Source: an uncultured Gemmatimonadales bacterium
Lineage (GTDB): Bacteria > Gemmatimonadota > Gemmatimonadetes > Longimicrobiales > RSA9
Reading direction: 5' to 3'
NCBI GenBank assembly: GCA_963798085.1
Contig: CAWCRS010000007.1
Coordinates: 128,001 to 192,000 of the forward strand
DNA: 64,000 bases
The notes under the pieces were generated by a model. That model did not search any database and was not told the origin of the DNA. It was given only the letters and a program-made list of their open reading frames with translations. Shown one piece after another: positions 1 through 9,162 of this stretch (the first letter of the stretch is position 1; every line of letters starts with the position of its first letter). The position numbers were made by a program, and so were the translations under genes.

Positions 1-947
1 GCATGGCATCGAACAGGCGCTGTACGGAGGCCAGGGCGTCGCGTTCATCGGCGGTGCGCGCGGGAATCGGCGTGCCGTAGCGGACCCGCCGCGCGGCCAG
101 ATCGAACACGTCGCCGGCTTTCAGGAAGTAGTAGCGCCTCGCCGTCGGCATCGCGCGTGTTGTAGAAAGCGACGCGGCTGCGGCCAATGACTTCGGCGAG
201 ATCACCATGCACGAGGATGGCCGTACCTTCATCGAGGCCGATGCCCAGCAGCTCGGGATAGCGCTTGATTACACCGAGCATGTCGTTCTCACGACCGCGC
301 ACGAGGATGTGCTGGTCCACCGCTGCGCCGCGCAGGAAACCGAAGCCGCGCTCGTGGCCGGGCGCCATCACGATGGTGTTGCCTTCCACCGCGCCGCGAA
401 TGAGGTACGACGCCTGCACCGATGCGCCCGCAGAGCTGCCCGCGATGACACCGCCGCGTTCGAGCAACGCGAACAGCTCACGCAGCGTGCGTGTGTCGAG
501 GTAGGCATCGGTGAGCTTCCACTGGCGGCCCCCGGGGATCCACACGCCGGTCGCCGCGCGCAGCGGCGCGACGAACGATTCCGTGTCCGCGATGCGCGGG
601 TCGCGTGTGTGCAGGATCTTCACATTCTGCACGCCGGCCTCGCGGAATGGAACGAAGCCGGACCAGTCCTCGGGGAAGGTCTCGTCATCGCCGGCTGTCG
701 GGATGATCACAATGCGCGCGTTCTTTCCTCCAGCAATGTCAATGAAGCGATTCATGATCTCGGGGCCGAGCCGGCCCCCACCGGCCACGATGAGCGTGCC
801 GCTGCGCGGTCCCACCGCCGGGGCCGGCACCATGGGGCCACGTTGCGCGGTCAGGGCACGCGGCAGCAGCAGGGTGATGCCAAGCAGCATCACGGGTCCG
901 ATGCTGGCGCGCGTCGCGCGTGAGCCGGGACGGAACCGGTCGATCAT
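1..947 (-). CDS. Cyanophycinase-like serine peptidase (S51), secreted; frameshift near 135 and runs off the left edge into a probable extra C-terminal domain
   Basis: Motifs LIVAGGG, IIPTAG, GVWIPGGRQ, GSSAGA (nucleophile Ser), AVDQH, GIGLDEGTA. ATG at 947 with AGGA upstream. Past ~135 another frame reads YYFLKAGDVFDL...DERDALASVQRLFDAM to the window edge. Confidence 0.85.
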
Positions 948-1093
948 GATCGCGTATCCTTGTGTACCGTGGACGGCTGGTTCATCGTCCGCCTGTCGGC
1001 AGGTCAGCCGGATCCGGGCCGCTGCCAGGCCCGCCCCGAACGCCAATGTTAACCGTCTGCCTCGCGTCATCAAGGCGAGGCCCGGAGGTCATC

Positions 1094-2131
1094 ATGGGAT
1101 CGTCGAGGCCGTTGCGAACACGTGGCGCCATGATTCTGGCCACAACGCTGTTCGCCACGGCGGCGTGCGGCAAGGACGTCACCGGTCCCACGCTCACGGG
1201 CCAGCTCGTGGCCCTGACCAGTTTCGAAGGCAGCCAACCCGCCCTCTTCCTGCAGAACGCCAATGGTACCGAACGGCGTCGTGTGAGCTTCACGGGCGCC
1301 GTCGACAACATCCCGGGCAATGTCCCGCCCGATCTGCTGCCCGTCCGTGACGAGAACATCAAGGCGCTCGGTCCCGTGCGCTGGAGTCCGGACGGCTCGA
1401 AGCTGGCCGTGGTCGTAACCGCCGCCTTCGACCAGTCCGAGGTCGTCATCGTGAACGCGGACGGCACGGGCGCGCGCGTGGCCAGCCCCAATTCACAGAT
1501 CATCCTGAGCAACGTCACATGGTCGCAGGATGGCAACCGCATTGCCTATACCATGAGCACACTGCCCGCCGCGGCCGGCATCAATGTGTTCATGACAGAC
1601 CTGGCGCAGAATCGTGTGACGCGGCTCACCACCGCGTCCGGTATCGGCAGCATAGGCGTGACCATGGCATGGAATGCGGCGGCGTCGCAGCTCTACTATT
1701 CGCGCATCATCGGCGTGGGCGATGGCCCGTTGTTCGAATGGGTTTCCCGCATCCTGACCATCGACGTGAGTTCCCTGGCGCAGACCACGCTCACGGACAG
1801 TCTCACGGGTCTGGTCTCGGGCATGAGCCCGGGCGCGACGTGGGCGCTGCTGCAGCAGCACGTGGACCAGGACCAGACCCTGCAGGTCCGCGACAAGCTG
1901 GTGCGCCGCCCGCTGACCGGGGCAACCGCGAAAGACCTGGTTTCCGCGCGCTTCATGAGCAGCTCGCAGATTGCCGGCGATCCGCAGTACGTGCTCTTCA
2001 CCATTCCCATCTTCGGGACAGCCGATGCCCGGCGTTACCGTGTGATCGACGCCGATGGCGGCGCGGTGGGCAACCTCGACGCCATCGAGACTAACGCCAC
2101 CTCAGCAGACCTGAGGGTGGGAGGCCGCTGA
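1094..2131 (+). CDS. TolB-like/PD40 beta-propeller lipoprotein
   Basis: GGAGG RBS; lipobox-like ATAAC; repeats WSPDGSKLA and WSQDGNRIAY. Confidence 0.7.
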   Translation: MGSSRPLRTRGAMILATTLFATAACGKDVTGPTLTGQLVALTSFEGSQPALFLQNANGTERRRVSFTGAVDNIPGNVPPDLLPVRDENIKALGPVRWSPDGSKLAVVVTAAFDQSEVVIVNADGTGARVASPNSQIILSNVTWSQDGNRIAYTMSTLPAAAGINVFMTDLAQNRVTRLTTASGIGSIGVTMAWNAAASQLYYSRIIGVGDGPLFEWVSRILTIDVSSLAQTTLTDSLTGLVSGMSPGATWALLQQHVDQDQTLQVRDKLVRRPLTGATAKDLVSARFMSSSQIAGDPQYVLFTIPIFGTADARRYRVIDADGGAVGNLDAIETNATSADLRVGGR

Positions 2132-2230
2132 GTCTTCGGAGGGCGCAGGGCTGTACAGGAGGGGTCGCGAGGTTGCGGGGAAGAGGTCGGTCGGCACCGG
2201 CCCGGACCGGCGGATACACAGTAACCCTCG

Positions 2231-2570
2231 AGCATTGTTCCTCCGTAGAGGAACGACATTTATCACACAGTGGCCACAGGGTCAGACGGAGGACGGATCT
2301 GTTGAGGCTGTCCGACCGGCTGACGCGTTCTTGCACACATTCCTCCAGCATTGTGGCTCCGTAGAGGAACGACATTTATCACACAGTGGCCACAGGATCA
2401 GACGGAGGAGGGATGTTAATTGTACGTTAGGGGCTTGCGGGAAGGCGAGGCAGGGCAGGATCTCAATTCTGAACTCAACCGCCGTTCGCCGTGTGCGCTC
2501 CGCCCGGTTCCAGCAGACTGATCGTCTCTGTTATCCGTCCTCTGTCTGACCCTGTGGCCCTGTGTGAAAA
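2231..2570. repeat. REP-like cluster: two 68-bp direct repeats (2231-2298, 2347-2414) plus an inverted partial copy (2533-2570)
   Basis: The copies match at 64 of 68 positions. Copy 1 has the hairpin GTTCCTC-CGTA-GAGGAAC. The reverse complement of 2533-2570 matches the 3' half of the repeat. Confidence 0.85.
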
Positions 2571-2687
2571 TAATCTGTTCTCGGCGTCTCGGTGTGAGAA
2601 TGTCGTTTGCGGAGGCCGCCCACGCGCCTGGCTCGCCAGCGACGCGGCCAGCGACTGCAGTCCGCCCCGTACCGCCCCACCCCCCTC

Positions 2688-3463
2688 TCATGCCTCTCGA
2701 TGCACGACGTAGAATGTTGCGCTGCGCGGTGGGCATCGACGATGAGGTCGGCGATGTTGACGTGGTCGGGCAGGCTGGTGACCCAGTAGACAGCCTCGGC
2801 GACGTCATCGCCGGAGAGCGGCTGGAAACCCTGATAGGTCTTGCGGGCGCGGTCGTCGTCGCCGCGGAAGCGCACGCTCGAGAACTCGGTTTCGACGAAG
2901 CCGGGGTCGACGCTGGACACGCGGATCGCGGTGCCCGCGAGGTCGAGGCTGATGCCCTGCGTGAGTGCGTTCACGGCGAACTTCGTGGCGGCGTACACGT
3001 TGCCGTTGGGGTACGTCATGTGGCCGGCGGTGCTGCCGATGTTGACGACGTGACCACGGCCGCGGCGCACCATGGCGGGGAGCACGGCGCGGGTGGCGTA
3101 GAGCAGACCCTTGATGTTCGTGTCGATCATCTCGTCCCAGTCATCGGGATCGCCTTCCCACACCTTGCTCATGCCTCTCGCCAGGCCGGCGTTGTTGATC
3201 AGAACGTCGGGCACGTCGCCGGCTTCCAGCATGGCTGCCGTGGCGGCCTGTACGCCGTCGCGCTCGCGCACGTCGACCTGCGCCACGTGCACGCGCGTGC
3301 CGTGCAGATTCTCCAGCTGGTCCGCGATGCGGTCGAGCCGTTCCAGGCGACGCGCCCAGAGAATCAGGTTGGCGCCATCCGCCGCGAAGCGACGTGCGCA
3401 CGCTTCACCGATGCCCGAGCTGGCGCCGGTGATCAGGACGAGCCTGCCGGTCATGTGGTTCAT
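2688..3463 (-). CDS. Short-chain dehydrogenase/reductase (YdfG-like, NADP-dependent); indels near the C-terminus
   Basis: TGASSGIG, NNAG and YAATK motifs. The corrected end reads LIV-MPTAQRNI-YVVHREA*. Start overlaps the upstream stop (TGATG). Confidence 0.9.
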
Positions 3464-4923
3464 CAATGCGTAGTGCCGGTGAGTTCGGTCGCGCTGTGCG
3501 ATTGTTGGCTGGTCGCCTTGCCGCGCGTCCAGCGGGCAAGGACATCATCGACCAGGCTGACACGATAGCCCGCGCGCTGCAGCAGCGAAACCGCTGATGC
3601 TGCGCGGGCGCCTGTCTCGCAGTGTACTGCGACCTCGCGCTCGCGCGGCACTTCGGCCAGGCGAGGCACGAGGCGGGTGTGGGCGATGTTCTGTGCGTCG
3701 GGTATGGCGCCCGCCGCGAATTCCCACGCGCCGCGCACGTCGAGTACGTGCACGGTGCCGGCGGCGCGGCGTCGCTCCATCTCGCCGAAGTCGATGCGCT
3801 CGGTGGTCTCCAGCACACCGCGCGCCGCGGCCCATGCGGCAAGGTCCTCGGGCGTGGCAAAGGCGACAATGTGATCGTAGCCGATGCGGATCAGATCGGT
3901 GACGGCGTCGCGCACACGAGCTTCGGCAACAATGAGCGCAATGGACTGCGCCGGGTCGACGTAGGATCCGACGATCGTGGGAAACGACTTGTTGAGCGGC
4001 GCGAACAGGGCGAGAGGCAGGTGGCCCGACGTGAATGCTTCACGCTCGCGCCGCGCGTCGAGCAGCACGATGTCACCGGCCGTCAGTTGCTGCGCGAGCC
4101 GGCTCACGGGCGTGCGCACCGGTTCCGGCAGACGGCCCAGCACGGGTGCGCCATCGCGGTTCAGCTGCTTCATGCGTGCGAAATAGGGAGGCGGTTCCGG
4201 CTGTCCCGCGAGGATGAAATCGACGAAGGGCCGTTCGCCGGCGTGCACCGCCGCGAACGCGGGGCTGAAGCGTCGCTCGTAGCCCACCGTGCTCTCGGGT
4301 ACCGCACCCAGCGCCTTGCCGCAGGCGCTGCCCGCGCCGTGGCCGGGCCACACCTGCAGGTAATCCGGCAGCTCGAGGAAGCCGACCGCCGAGCGGTACA
4401 GCTGCCGCGCGGCTGGCTCCATTGCGCCCTTCACGCCGGCCGCGGTCTCCAGCAGGTCGGGCCGGCCGAGGTCGCCCACGAAAACGAAATCGCCTGTTAC
4501 CATGCCCATGGGTTCCGTCGCGCCACCGCCGCGGTCGGTCACCAGATAGCCCGTGTGCTCGGGCGTGTGGCCGGGCGTGTGCACCGCGCGAATTTCGATG
4601 TTACCAATGCGGAAGGTGTCGCCGTGGCGCAGCAGCGTGACGTCGTAGCCGGCGGTCCAGCCATAGCGCCATTCGGGCGGCGCTTCACCGGGCAGGAAGA
4701 CGCGCACACCGCGATCCGCGAACTCGCGGCAGCCGGACAGGAAATCGGCGTGAATGTGCGTTTCCGCGACGGCCGTCACGCGCAGGCCCTCCGCCTGCGC
4801 CAGCGCGATGTAGCGGTCGATATCGCGCTCCGGGTCGATGATCAGCGCTTCGCGCGTCTGCTGACAGGCGATGAGATAGGCATTCTGCGCGAGTCGCTCA
4901 TCCACGATCTGTCGGAACAGCAT
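3463..4923 (-). CDS. MBL-fold persulfide dioxygenase-like hydrolase fused to rhodanese domains
   Basis: THIHADF, TPGHTPEH, GDFVFVGDLGRPDL, PGHGAGSACG; C-terminal rhodanese active site VHCETGARA. Confidence 0.92.
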   Translation of the reverse strand: MLFRQIVDERLAQNAYLIACQQTREALIIDPERDIDRYIALAQAEGLRVTAVAETHIHADFLSGCREFADRGVRVFLPGEAPPEWRYGWTAGYDVTLLRHGDTFRIGNIEIRAVHTPGHTPEHTGYLVTDRGGGATEPMGMVTGDFVFVGDLGRPDLLETAAGVKGAMEPAARQLYRSAVGFLELPDYLQVWPGHGAGSACGKALGAVPESTVGYERRFSPAFAAVHAGERPFVDFILAGQPEPPPYFARMKQLNRDGAPVLGRLPEPVRTPVSRLAQQLTAGDIVLLDARREREAFTSGHLPLALFAPLNKSFPTIVGSYVDPAQSIALIVAEARVRDAVTDLIRIGYDHIVAFATPEDLAAWAAARGVLETTERIDFGEMERRRAAGTVHVLDVRGAWEFAAGAIPDAQNIAHTRLVPRLAEVPREREVAVHCETGARAASAVSLLQRAGYRVSLVDDVLARWTRGKATSQQSHSATELTGTTH

Positions 4924-4938
4924 TCGTCCTCCCCGCGT

Positions 4939-5448
4939 TCAGTGCGGCAGGCGAGGCCGCAGCACGGCATAGGCACACGTACCCGCCAGCGCCGCGGCGA
5001 GGGCCACCAGCATGACCGTCACGCCGCTGCCCATCAGTGCGAAGATGGGGCCGGGACACGCGCCCAGCAGGGCCCAGCCGAGACCGAAGCGAATGCCGCC
5101 CATCCAGTAGCGGCTCAGCACGGGCGTGCGCTCCTTGGGCGGAATCGACACCCGCTCACCGCCCAGTGTACGGGCGTTGCCGCCGCGCAGCAGGCGCAGG
5201 GTCAGGGCCGCCACTAACACGGCGCTACCCATGAGACCGTACATGTGAATGCTCTGGAAACGGAACATCTCCTGAATGCGGAACCAGGAGACGGCTTCCG
5301 ACTTGGCGAGCAGGATGCCGAAGCCGGTGCCCAGCACCAGGTACGCAAACAGGCTGGCCGGACTCTCGCCGACCGATGGAAGAGCTTCGTCGTCCATCTC
5401 GTGAATCAGCTGCTCATCCGTGAGCCGGGACTCGAGCGCGGGACTCAC
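4939..5448 (-). CDS. YeeE/YedE family sulfur transporter subunit (DUF6691-like)
   Basis: SWFRIQEMFRFQSIHMYG and GLGWALLGACPGP; GTG start at 5448. Confidence 0.85.
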   Translation of the reverse strand: MSPALESRLTDEQLIHEMDDEALPSVGESPASLFAYLVLGTGFGILLAKSEAVSWFRIQEMFRFQSIHMYGLMGSAVLVAALTLRLLRGGNARTLGGERVSIPPKERTPVLSRYWMGGIRFGLGWALLGACPGPIFALMGSGVTVMLVALAAALAGTCAYAVLRPRLPH

Positions 5449-6022
5449 AGGTACGCCCCGCGAGCAGTGCGGCAGCAGCCAGTGCGTAGCCAGCAGGCCG
5501 CCCGCGAAGAAGCCGAGCACGGCGAGCAGCGAGGGCAGCTCGAGATTGGCCAGACCGGTAATGCCGTGACCCGACGTGCAGCCGCCGGCCCAGCGCGAGC
5601 CGAAGCCCACGAGGAACCCGCCCAGCACGACGAAGGTCAGGCCCGGAAGCGAGAGCAGGCTGCTCCAGGAGAAGAGCTGTCGCGGCACCAGGCCGTGATA
5701 GTCGGTGATGCCCAGCGCGCCGAGGTCGCGCTGCGTGGCCTGCGAAATGGCCACGACCGCGTCCGGACTGCCCAGCACGTGCGTCGCGATCCAGCCGCCC
5801 AGCGCGATGCCCGCGGCGAAGACCAGATTCCAGAGACCGGTACGCTTCCAGTCGTAACGGAAGAACGCGTGCCGGCGCGACAGCGTGATGGCGCAGAGGT
5901 GACGGAAATTCGAGGACACGCCGAACAGCCGGTTTCCCACGAGCAGCAGCAATGGCACGGACCAGGCCGATCAGCGGCCCGGCAATGTACCAGGGCCACG
6001 GTCTGGAGAGCATTTCGATCAT
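5445..6022 (-). CDS. YeeE/YedE family sulfur transporter subunit (frameshifted near 5960 and probably near its 3' end)
   Basis: N-terminus MIEMLSRPWPWYIAGPLIGL, then GNRLFGVSSNFRHLCA and GFGSRWAGGCTSGH in the adjacent frame; probable GTGA overlap with the next gene. Confidence 0.85.
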
Positions 6023-6287
6023 TGTGTGGTTCGGTCGGGCGCGCGACTTCACGCGCGGCGTTGATGGATCGAGGGGCCCCCGGGGTTGGCCGGTCCGGGC
6101 GGCTCCGCCACAAATGGCCGTACGCGCAATCTAGAAAATCGCGACCGCCCTGCCAACGTCCCGCGGCACAGGCGCCGGCACCCGCCAACCGGCGCGACCC
6201 ATGCCGGTGTCCAACCCGGTGGTACTTCCATGAGTGCGCCGGCAGGCACCGGCGCCGCATCGATCCACTCGAATGGAGTTTCGCGCG

Positions 6288-7004
6288 ATGCCTCGCATCC
6301 CCATGTCCAGGACTCTCGTCGCCGCTCTGCTCGCAGTCGGTTTCACGACGGCAGCACACGCGCAACGACGCTACTCGTCTGCCTCGTCGGGCGACGCCGG
6401 CGGCCGCGGCTTCTTCATGATCGGCGCCGAGTACATGGACCTCGACGAGCTGAATACCGTGCTGGCACAGCACAACTACCCGCAATTCGACGACTACTTC
6501 CTCACGCTGGGCGGCGGGGGCCTGGCCGTCCGTAACAACTTCGTGCTGGGCGGTGAGGGCCACGCGCTGCTGCAGTCCGCAAAGACGCAGGCGGGCGAGC
6601 AGTTCCGCACTTCGGTCATGGGCGGCTACGGCATGTTCGACGCGGGCTATCAGGTAGTGCACACCCGCCACGTCGCGATCTACCCGCTGCTGGGCATTGG
6701 CGGCGGCGGCATCACGCTCAGCATCCGGCAGCGCGCCACACTCGATTTCAATGATGTGCTGGTCGATCCCGGCCGCGGCGTGCAGCTCACCAACGGTGAG
6801 CTGCTGGTGGGCGGCGCCCTGGGCGCCGACTGGCTCATCAGCTCCGGTAACCGCGGCGGCTTCATGCTGGGCCTGCGCGCCGGTTACAACTACGCACCGC
6901 TGGAGGCGGACTGGCGCTTCGGCGAGAACAATGTTGCCGGTGGTCCGCAGTCCGGCCTGACCGGCGCTTACGTGCGCGTGAGCATCGGCGGCGGCCGGCG
7001 CTAG
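6288..7004 (+). CDS. Secreted outer-membrane beta-barrel-like hypothetical protein
   Basis: Signal peptide ending AAHA-Q; Gly/aromatic alternating strands; C-terminal YVRVSIGGG. Confidence 0.7.
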   Translation: MPRIPMSRTLVAALLAVGFTTAAHAQRRYSSASSGDAGGRGFFMIGAEYMDLDELNTVLAQHNYPQFDDYFLTLGGGGLAVRNNFVLGGEGHALLQSAKTQAGEQFRTSVMGGYGMFDAGYQVVHTRHVAIYPLLGIGGGGITLSIRQRATLDFNDVLVDPGRGVQLTNGELLVGGALGADWLISSGNRGGFMLGLRAGYNYAPLEADWRFGENNVAGGPQSGLTGAYVRVSIGGGRR

Positions 7005-7076
7005 CGCGGGCAGGCTCGGCGGCGTTCCCTCGAACGCTGCCCATCGCAACGCGCAGCCGCGGTTCCAACCCTCCGC

Positions 7077-7105
7077 TGTAACACGCGTGCGGTCAGGCCG
7101 GTTAT
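7077..7105 (+). promoter_or_regulatory. Candidate ECF-type autoregulatory promoter (TGTAAC-N16-CGGTTAT)
   Basis: GTAAC -35-like box and 16-nt spacer immediately upstream of the ECF sigma gene. Confidence 0.35.
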
Positions 7106-7117
7106 CCCTGTGATCGC

Positions 7118-7669
7118 ATGCGTGAATCGATGCAGACGGAACCAGCCGACGAAACGCTGATGCGCGCGCTGGGCGCGGGGCACACGGAGGCGCTGGGCAC
7201 ACTGTTCCAGCGCCACCATGCCGGCGTGTACGCGTACTGCGCGCGACTCACGCTCGACCGCGAGGCGGCCGCCGACCTCGTGCAGGACACGTTTCTGCGC
7301 GTGCTCCGCTATCGCGACAGCTTCACGCGAGCGCACGACTTCAAGCCCTGGCTGCTGCGCGTGGCGCGCAATGCCTGCCGCGACTTCGCGGCCCGCCGCC
7401 ACGGACAGCAGCGCAGCGAAGCGCGCTGGCTGGCCGAATCGATGGCGGACCCGGGCGAGAACGCGCCGCGCGACGCACAGCTGGAGCACGCTCTGGCCCG
7501 ACTGCCCGCAGCGGATCGCGATGTGCTGGTGCTCAAGCGCTTCCACGATCTGACGTACGCCGAGCTGGCCGCCGTGCTCGGCTGCCGCGAGGGCGCGGCG
7601 CGCGTGCGCGTGCACCGCGCGCTCAGACGGCTCCAGGAAATCATGCGAACCAGCGGGTGCAGGCCATGA
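7118..7669 (+). CDS. ECF sigma-70 factor
   Basis: Region 2 AADLVQDTFLRV...FKPWLLRVARN; region 4 LTYAELAAVLGCREGAARVRVHRAL. Confidence 0.93.
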   Translation: MRESMQTEPADETLMRALGAGHTEALGTLFQRHHAGVYAYCARLTLDREAAADLVQDTFLRVLRYRDSFTRAHDFKPWLLRVARNACRDFAARRHGQQRSEARWLAESMADPGENAPRDAQLEHALARLPAADRDVLVLKRFHDLTYAELAAVLGCREGAARVRVHRALRRLQEIMRTSGCRP

Positions 7670-8430
7670 GCTGCGAGACGTACCAGACGCGAATGACGGT
7701 GGCGCTGACCGGCGAGCTTTCCCGGGAGGAAGCGGCCGACCTGGCGCGACACCTCGAGACGTGCGCCGCCTGCCGTGGGCTGCAACAGCAGGTTAGTGCG
7801 CTGTGGCGCGACCTCGCCCGGCTGACGCCACCGTCGCCGCCCGCCAGCGTGGAAGCGGGTTTCCGCGCAAGGCTGCACCACGCCCGGCCGGACGCGCCGC
7901 CGCCTGCGGTGCGCGACACGACCCGCGCGCGGCGCGGGACCGGCGGGTTGCACAGGATCCACCCGGCATGGCTCGCCGCAGCCGCCATCACGGCGCTGCT
8001 GAGCGGCTACGCGCTGGGACGACAGTCGCTGCCGGCCGGTGCCGGCAGGCCCGCCCTCGCCAGCAACACGGCACCGGTGAGCGCGCCCGCAGGGCAGGAG
8101 TACCTGCTGCTGCTGCGCGGTCCCGCCGGCAGCGGCACGCCGGTACGTGCGCAGGAGGATGCCGCCACGGTGGCCGAGTATCGCCGCTGGGCGGAATCGT
8201 TGCAGGCGGATGGCACGCTGGTCAGCGCCGAGAAGCTGCAGGACAGCACGGGCTATCGCCTGAGCCCGAACGGTGCGCGCGCACCCCTCAGCGACAGCGC
8301 TGCCGAGCGCATCGGCGGGTTCTTCCTGATACGCGCTCACGATGCGGCGGAGGCCGAAGCGATCGCACGCGGCTGTCCGCATCTCCGTCACGGCGGCAGC
8401 GTCGAGCTGCGCGCCATCGACCCAACCTGA
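7666..8430 (+). CDS. Zinc-finger (ZAS) anti-sigma factor with a TM helix and C-terminal YCII/DGPF-like domain
   Basis: HLETCAAC ZAS motif; one TM helix; YLLLL...ERIGGFFLIRAHDAAEAEAIARGCPHL...VELRAI is YCII-like; ATGA overlap with the sigma gene. Confidence 0.85.
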   Translation: MSCETYQTRMTVALTGELSREEAADLARHLETCAACRGLQQQVSALWRDLARLTPPSPPASVEAGFRARLHHARPDAPPPAVRDTTRARRGTGGLHRIHPAWLAAAAITALLSGYALGRQSLPAGAGRPALASNTAPVSAPAGQEYLLLLRGPAGSGTPVRAQEDAATVAEYRRWAESLQADGTLVSAEKLQDSTGYRLSPNGARAPLSDSAAERIGGFFLIRAHDAAEAEAIARGCPHLRHGGSVELRAIDPT

Positions 8431-8444
8431 CGCGCCGAGGGCCC

Positions 8445-9152
8445 ATGACGATGCACCAGGAGCACACCGGCCGGAATCTAACAGCCCGTTTGACGGGCGC
8501 TCAGTGGATCGCGCGCGGCACGCGCGGCGCGTGCGGCGCCGCTTGCCTCGCACTGTACGCCGGGCCGCTGCTCGCGCAACAGGGTGCGCGGGCGCTGCCC
8601 CCGCTGCTGCCGGACTCGCAGGAGATCCGACTGGCGCTGAGCGCGGCGCCGCCGGAAATCTCCCGGGATGCCGATGTCTGGGTGCTGCGGCGAGGTGGCC
8701 ATGTGAAGGTGAAGAGTGGAACCAGCGGCGTCGCCTGCCTCGTATCCCGTGACAACCCCGACAGTCTCTATCCCATCTGCTACGACGCGGAGGCGGCGCG
8801 CACCATTCTCTGGTTCGAAATGCGCGAACAGCAGCTGCGCGAGCGCGGCCTGGACGAGGCCGCCATTGATAGCGCCATTGCCCAGGCGGTTGCGCGCGGC
8901 GAACTGCACGCGCCGACACGTCCCGCGCTCTCCTGGATGATGAGCCCGGAACAGGTGATTTACGACGGCGCCCATGGCCGGCGGGTGGGACAGTGGCACC
9001 CGCATATCATGATCTACATGCCGTACATGATGCAGGCGCAGCTGGGCTTCAAGGGGATGAGCGACGGCGACCTGTCACTGCAGAACGAAGGCAAGGCGAC
9101 CGCGCACCTGCTGGTGCTGGAGCGGGACTGGGCGCGCCCCGCCGTGCATTGA
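8445..9152 (+). CDS. Secreted hypothetical protein
   Basis: Signal-like N-terminus, coding-like codon usage, conserved-looking LALSAAP...CLV...PICYD...WHPHIMIY. Confidence 0.7.
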   Translation: MTMHQEHTGRNLTARLTGAQWIARGTRGACGAACLALYAGPLLAQQGARALPPLLPDSQEIRLALSAAPPEISRDADVWVLRRGGHVKVKSGTSGVACLVSRDNPDSLYPICYDAEAARTILWFEMREQQLRERGLDEAAIDSAIAQAVARGELHAPTRPALSWMMSPEQVIYDGAHGRRVGQWHPHIMIYMPYMMQAQLGFKGMSDGDLSLQNEGKATAHLLVLERDWARPAVH

Positions 9153-9162
9153 GCCGCGGCCG

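Noticed and set aside
2231..2414. Mini CRISPR array (repeat-spacer-repeat)
   Set aside because: The 68-bp repeats are too long, an inverted partial copy is present, and the cas genes are 60 kb away.
4939..5958. Single fused 339-aa YeeE protein as shown in the ORF track
   Set aside because: The N-terminus lies in another frame and a GTGA stop/start overlap exists at 5445-5448. Two genes joined by an indel is more likely.
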